A stretch of 64,000 bases of DNA, taken from positions 25,144,150 to 25,208,149 of the forward strand of contig NC_134026.1 of the NCBI RefSeq assembly GCF_964204645.1. The letters run 5' to 3'. Below are positions 50,708 through 64,000 of this stretch, piece after piece. Every line of letters begins with the position of its first letter. Positions within the stretch are counted from its first letter, which is position 1. The DNA comes from Tubulanus polymorphus. Lineage: Eukaryota > Animalia > Nemertea. The notes beneath the pieces are model-generated. The model did not search any database, was not told the DNA's origin, and saw only the letters and a program-made list of their open reading frames with translations. A program made the translations under genes and the position numbers.

Positions 50708-51067
50708 TACCGACCGCTCTGCTGATGGTGGAAAGAGGGGTAGATGACTTTTGTGGATATTAGAGACCATAGGGCATTATTTAGCGTTCTTTTTGTGGGT
50801 AGATCTTTTTTGGATGATTCAATATAGGCCTACATCATGCGACATCGCGCAATTCTCCTAGGAAAAATACACAAGAGCTTCGACGGTCCGGAGAATTATG
50901 AACATCCACCACGGGTCACCGGGTTTGTTTGAGAGGTTCCTTTTTTAGCACTAGCTGGGTATGATTAGCCGGGTTATATCAATATTCATTAGATGCAAAA
51001 TTCAACCGTTAAAGAATCGCTATTTGCCGGCAGCCGCAAATTAGTGTTTAAGCCCTCACCTGAGTGC

Positions 51068-51081
51068 ACAGTAGAGGGCGC
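51068..51081 (+). promoter_or_regulatory. CTCF-like motif near the SLC4A11 first exon
   Basis: ACAGTAGAGGGCGC matches 13/14 positions of CCASYAGRKGGCRS. Confidence 0.4.
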
Positions 51082-51134
51082 AAGAAAATATAGAAATTTT
51101 CGTCGTAAGAACTAAAAGGCTTATTTGATTCGTT

Positions 51135-60674
<9,540 letters not shown>

Positions 60675-61539
60675 TTGCGCTGGAAGATGTTACAATCTTT
60701 GGATCGGAGAACGTATTCTCGATGCTTTGCGCTTGTTATTTTGTTTTCTCGTGACAATATATTTAACAGCTTTTGCATGTTATTTTATAATTTATATTAG
60801 GTACTTATAATATTCTAGAATAACAGCACTAACTGCTACGTCATGCTCACTATTTTCCTAGTTGTATATTCAGTGAAGTGGACCATTTTAGTTCAAATGA
60901 GAGATGTTTTTATCAATAGTACGATTTTTGAATGCAGAATATGTAATACATGTATAAAGTACATTGTTATACGATCTTTTTTTTACAAACACAGACTTCA
61001 TTCAATGTGCCTCATAATTGTGTTCGGTTAGCTATCCTCATAGCGTAACCGTTTCTTTCTGTGCTCTGATTTTCATTGCGATCATGTAGATGTAGATGTA
61101 GCATGAAGTTTATTCTGATGATCTCTGAAAATGTGATATGTTTGCAATCTGTTTGCCACCATGACTTCTATGCCATTTGAATGTTCATATTTGTTAAACG
61201 AGTATTATCTTATTATGATGTTCATCCCTTTGCAGATATATTTTGAGTGACTTAATTTCAGATTACCAATCTTTTGTATTCTGTTAAGAAATTATCCTCT
61301 CTGACATGAATCGACTGAATACAATGTATCTGCTATTGAAATTGTGCCAAAACTTTTCACCATGATATTGTATATTCTAAATCATTTTTCTTGTACATGT
61401 ATTTCAAAGTTTTACAATTACACGTTTTGATCATACAGACTCGATGATAATGTCATGTAAAAACAATCGTGGTTTTGGAATGTACGTGTAGGCCCTACCC
61501 AATTTATTATGTATTAGAACTATGTACATATGAACTATG

Positions 61540-61708
61540 GAGCATTTTTGGCCCAACCAAAAACGTCGGACCAGGCCTGAGCCAAATTTTAGCACCAGAC
61601 AAAATTTTAGCGCCCGAGCCTGATCCGTGCCAATTTGGCCCGGGCCAAATCGTGTCCATTACTATAGTCTAATAAAATTTGGCCCGGGTCAAAAATGCTC
61701 GTGTCATC
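61540..61708. mobile_element. Foldback/MITE-like repeat, copy 2
   Basis: Inverted repeats GAGCATTTTTGGCCC / GGGTCAAAAATGCTC; a 26-bp block is identical to 32101-32126. Confidence 0.7.
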
Positions 61709-62825
61709 GCGGCTATTGATTCATGTATTCAAGTCAAAAAGCGGGTCGATGGGTGATAAACCCCAATAATAATATTTATGTATAATCTTGACTAGACCAC
61801 CCTATCTTTGTCAATGAAATCTCAATTTACCTCAGCTGACATAATACAATGTAATTTTGTAAATATTGAATTGACAATTTTATTTTTTACTTTTCTCCAA
61901 TGGGATGAATTTTAAAAATATATACTTGCTTTTTGAAAATGATGGTCTTAAACGTGTTGATCGAGGCTATGAATAACAATGATTTTAGATGCCTTGTACT
62001 ATATTTTTGTTGTTGTTTAATAAAGTGATAAAATGCTGTGAATGCTTAGTGTTTTTGCTGTTTGGTTAGGAGGATACGTCTTTGTGAAAGGAAAATCCAA
62101 CCATCATGAGCATCTTGCATTTTGAGGAAGTATCAAGTATGGGATAAATATCTACATGTATAACATGTAAACGATGCTGTGGGAAACAAATTTCTGTTTC
62201 AGTTGAAATAGTTAATTATTAACGGCAGCAGGCTTAAATCATCGCTTCACGTCTTCCAGGTATTCATCACTCCTGTAGATCCAGATCTGAAGGATACACT
62301 AGGTGCATTAAGAGAATAAGAAGATATTTTTAAGTATGTAACACACGTGTAGTAGTGGGGTCGTAGAATGTAACTAATTACATTCACTCAATCGCAAGTA
62401 CGCATTGTCTTTCATTCTAGAATTGCGGAATTGCTAACTTGAACATCTGTAACAAATTTTTCAAAGCGAATTAATCGGCACTGCATCGATTAATGCACTA
62501 CTTCAGAAACTAAGAATGGAGAGAAATATATTCAACCCATAAAGTATTAAAACTGTCAAGAATTTGATGCCATATTACATCGTGGTTCCACATCTAGAAT
62601 GTACCCAACGTTCACGGAATCTCGCCGAGACAACACAATTACAACAGTTTAAACAATAGTTAATTACTTCTACGTGTTTACTTGAAATATTGCACGCACA
62701 ATAGGACGACTTGTGAATATCTCATGAATATTATATTTCATTGACATAGGCTTTACTATTAAACCCCAAATACACCATATCCGCATTCACAGTTTCCCCA
62801 GTCATATCGAATTCTCAGTCAAGAT

Positions 62826-64000
62826 ATGCAGCTTACCTTTCTACTACGTATGATTCCATTGTGGATGATGATTGGAAAATGTTTTTCGGCCACCACTTTT
62901 GTCGTCGTCCCTAACTTTCACTTGATTACCAGAAATGTTTCGTCCGATGGAACGTCACGGATACTGAGATGTGCAACTTTGTGTTCGATAAATGGAAAAT
63001 GTAATTATTTTGCTGCCGATGAGGTGAATTCGTGTGGTGTACCTCATGAGAATTATAGGGATATCATTCTACTTCAAAAACAGCCCCTTTCCAATATGCA
63101 TTCATTTATAGATGCTACTTTTCTACGAAGTAAGTTTTACATTCTTTAATTCCGGAATGGTAGTTAGTCTATACTGAGATATTGGTAAGAGAACCGCGAT
63201 CTTAAATTTTTAGGTGCATGGATTCTCGTTTTCATATCAAGTACCGGTGGGCCCTGGTCACGGGTAGAGAATATATACGAAGCATGGTTGGGTCCAGTTT
63301 CTGGACAGGTACCACCTCAAGGGGGCGTTGCAAAAAGATGTTTGTGCACTTGGAAAAGTTCACTTATCGACCAATGGACCTCGCTTAATGTCAAACGAGT
63401 AAGTAGACCTAGATAGTTGTAGTCAGACCAGAATGTGAATATGACCTCGTTACATTTATCAATAACAATCTTTTTTGAAAAAGGTAAAGCTTAGTTTATT
63501 TGAAACTGATGCTGAGGTAGCCTACGTTGAGTTTGATGGATTAGGTTCGAATGAAACGAACTGGTTTACTAGCGATCGGTTGATGGCTTCATCTTGGGAA
63601 GATTTGACCAATTCGACCACCGACGTTTTTAGAATGGACGGGCCGTAAGTTGACCAATAATCGGTCGATATTTGTTCAATCATATCTTGAAAAATGTGAT
63701 ATTTCCTGAGAAAAACTAAAATATATATCTTTAGTTCATTCATTTTCTAGTTATCAACGCAATTTCGTTATTAGCCATTCGATGAGTGGCGATTGTATGT
63801 CTTCGACTGCCGTATGGATGATCGTCGCAGATTATGACAGTGACTTAACACGCATTGGACCATGTACATACGACAGAGCAATCTATGCTCCGCGTATTTA
63901 CTATTCGCCTTCGACCAAGATGGGTAATTAGAATGTATTCTATAAGCTAATGAATGTTGAAACATTGTTAAAACTAAGTTTTCATCGTTTCAGATATATC
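62826..64000 (+). CDS. Secreted protein: signal peptide, PAN/apple-like Cys motif and an uncharacterised Trp-rich domain (3' end outside the window)
   Basis: Phase-consistent GT-AG exons 62826-63129, 63214-63398, 63484-63644, 63751-63923 and 63994 onward. Translation: MQLTFLLRMIPLWMMIGKCFSA...RCATLCSINGKCNYF...SAWILVFISSTGG...IYEAW...WKSSLIDQW...VKLSLFE..EVAYVEFDGLGSNETNWFTSDRLMASSWEDL...RNFVISHSMSGDC..AVWMIV...CTYD...PRIYYS. Confidence 0.82.

Overview
Eukaryotic, AT-rich, compact animal DNA with many introns of about 70-150 bp. The gene and repeat content suggests a lophotrochozoan-type invertebrate (inference). Six complete protein-coding genes and one partial gene were reconstructed by hand from splice signals. 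In order they are: IFT74 (-), head-to-head with an active meltrin/ADAM12-like ADAM protease (+); an intron-containing Haspin kinase (+); an intronless class A peptide GPCR (+); Syd-1/RhoGAP100F (PDZ-C2-RhoGAP, +); SLC4A11 (+); and a secreted PAN/apple-like protein with an uncharacterised domain that runs off the right end (+). There are several non-autonomous DNA elements: a Helentron/HINE-type element with an internal ~153-bp satellite, Harbinger, Tc1/mariner and hAT-like MITEs, and a tiny palindromic family with 7-bp TSDs. No rRNA, tRNA, CRISPR array or autonomous transposase was seen. I cannot show a definite new multi-gene system. The best leads are: (1) the HINE satellite carries a CTCF-consensus-like motif in every monomer; (2) TA-flanked palindromes resembling Tc1/mariner excision footprints are enriched; (3) two 27-55 bp elements have 7-bp TSDs; (4) IFT74 has a U12-type intron; (5) there is a candidate 15-nt microexon in SLC4A11 and a candidate alternative first coding exon in IFT74. 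All coordinates and counts were read by eye.
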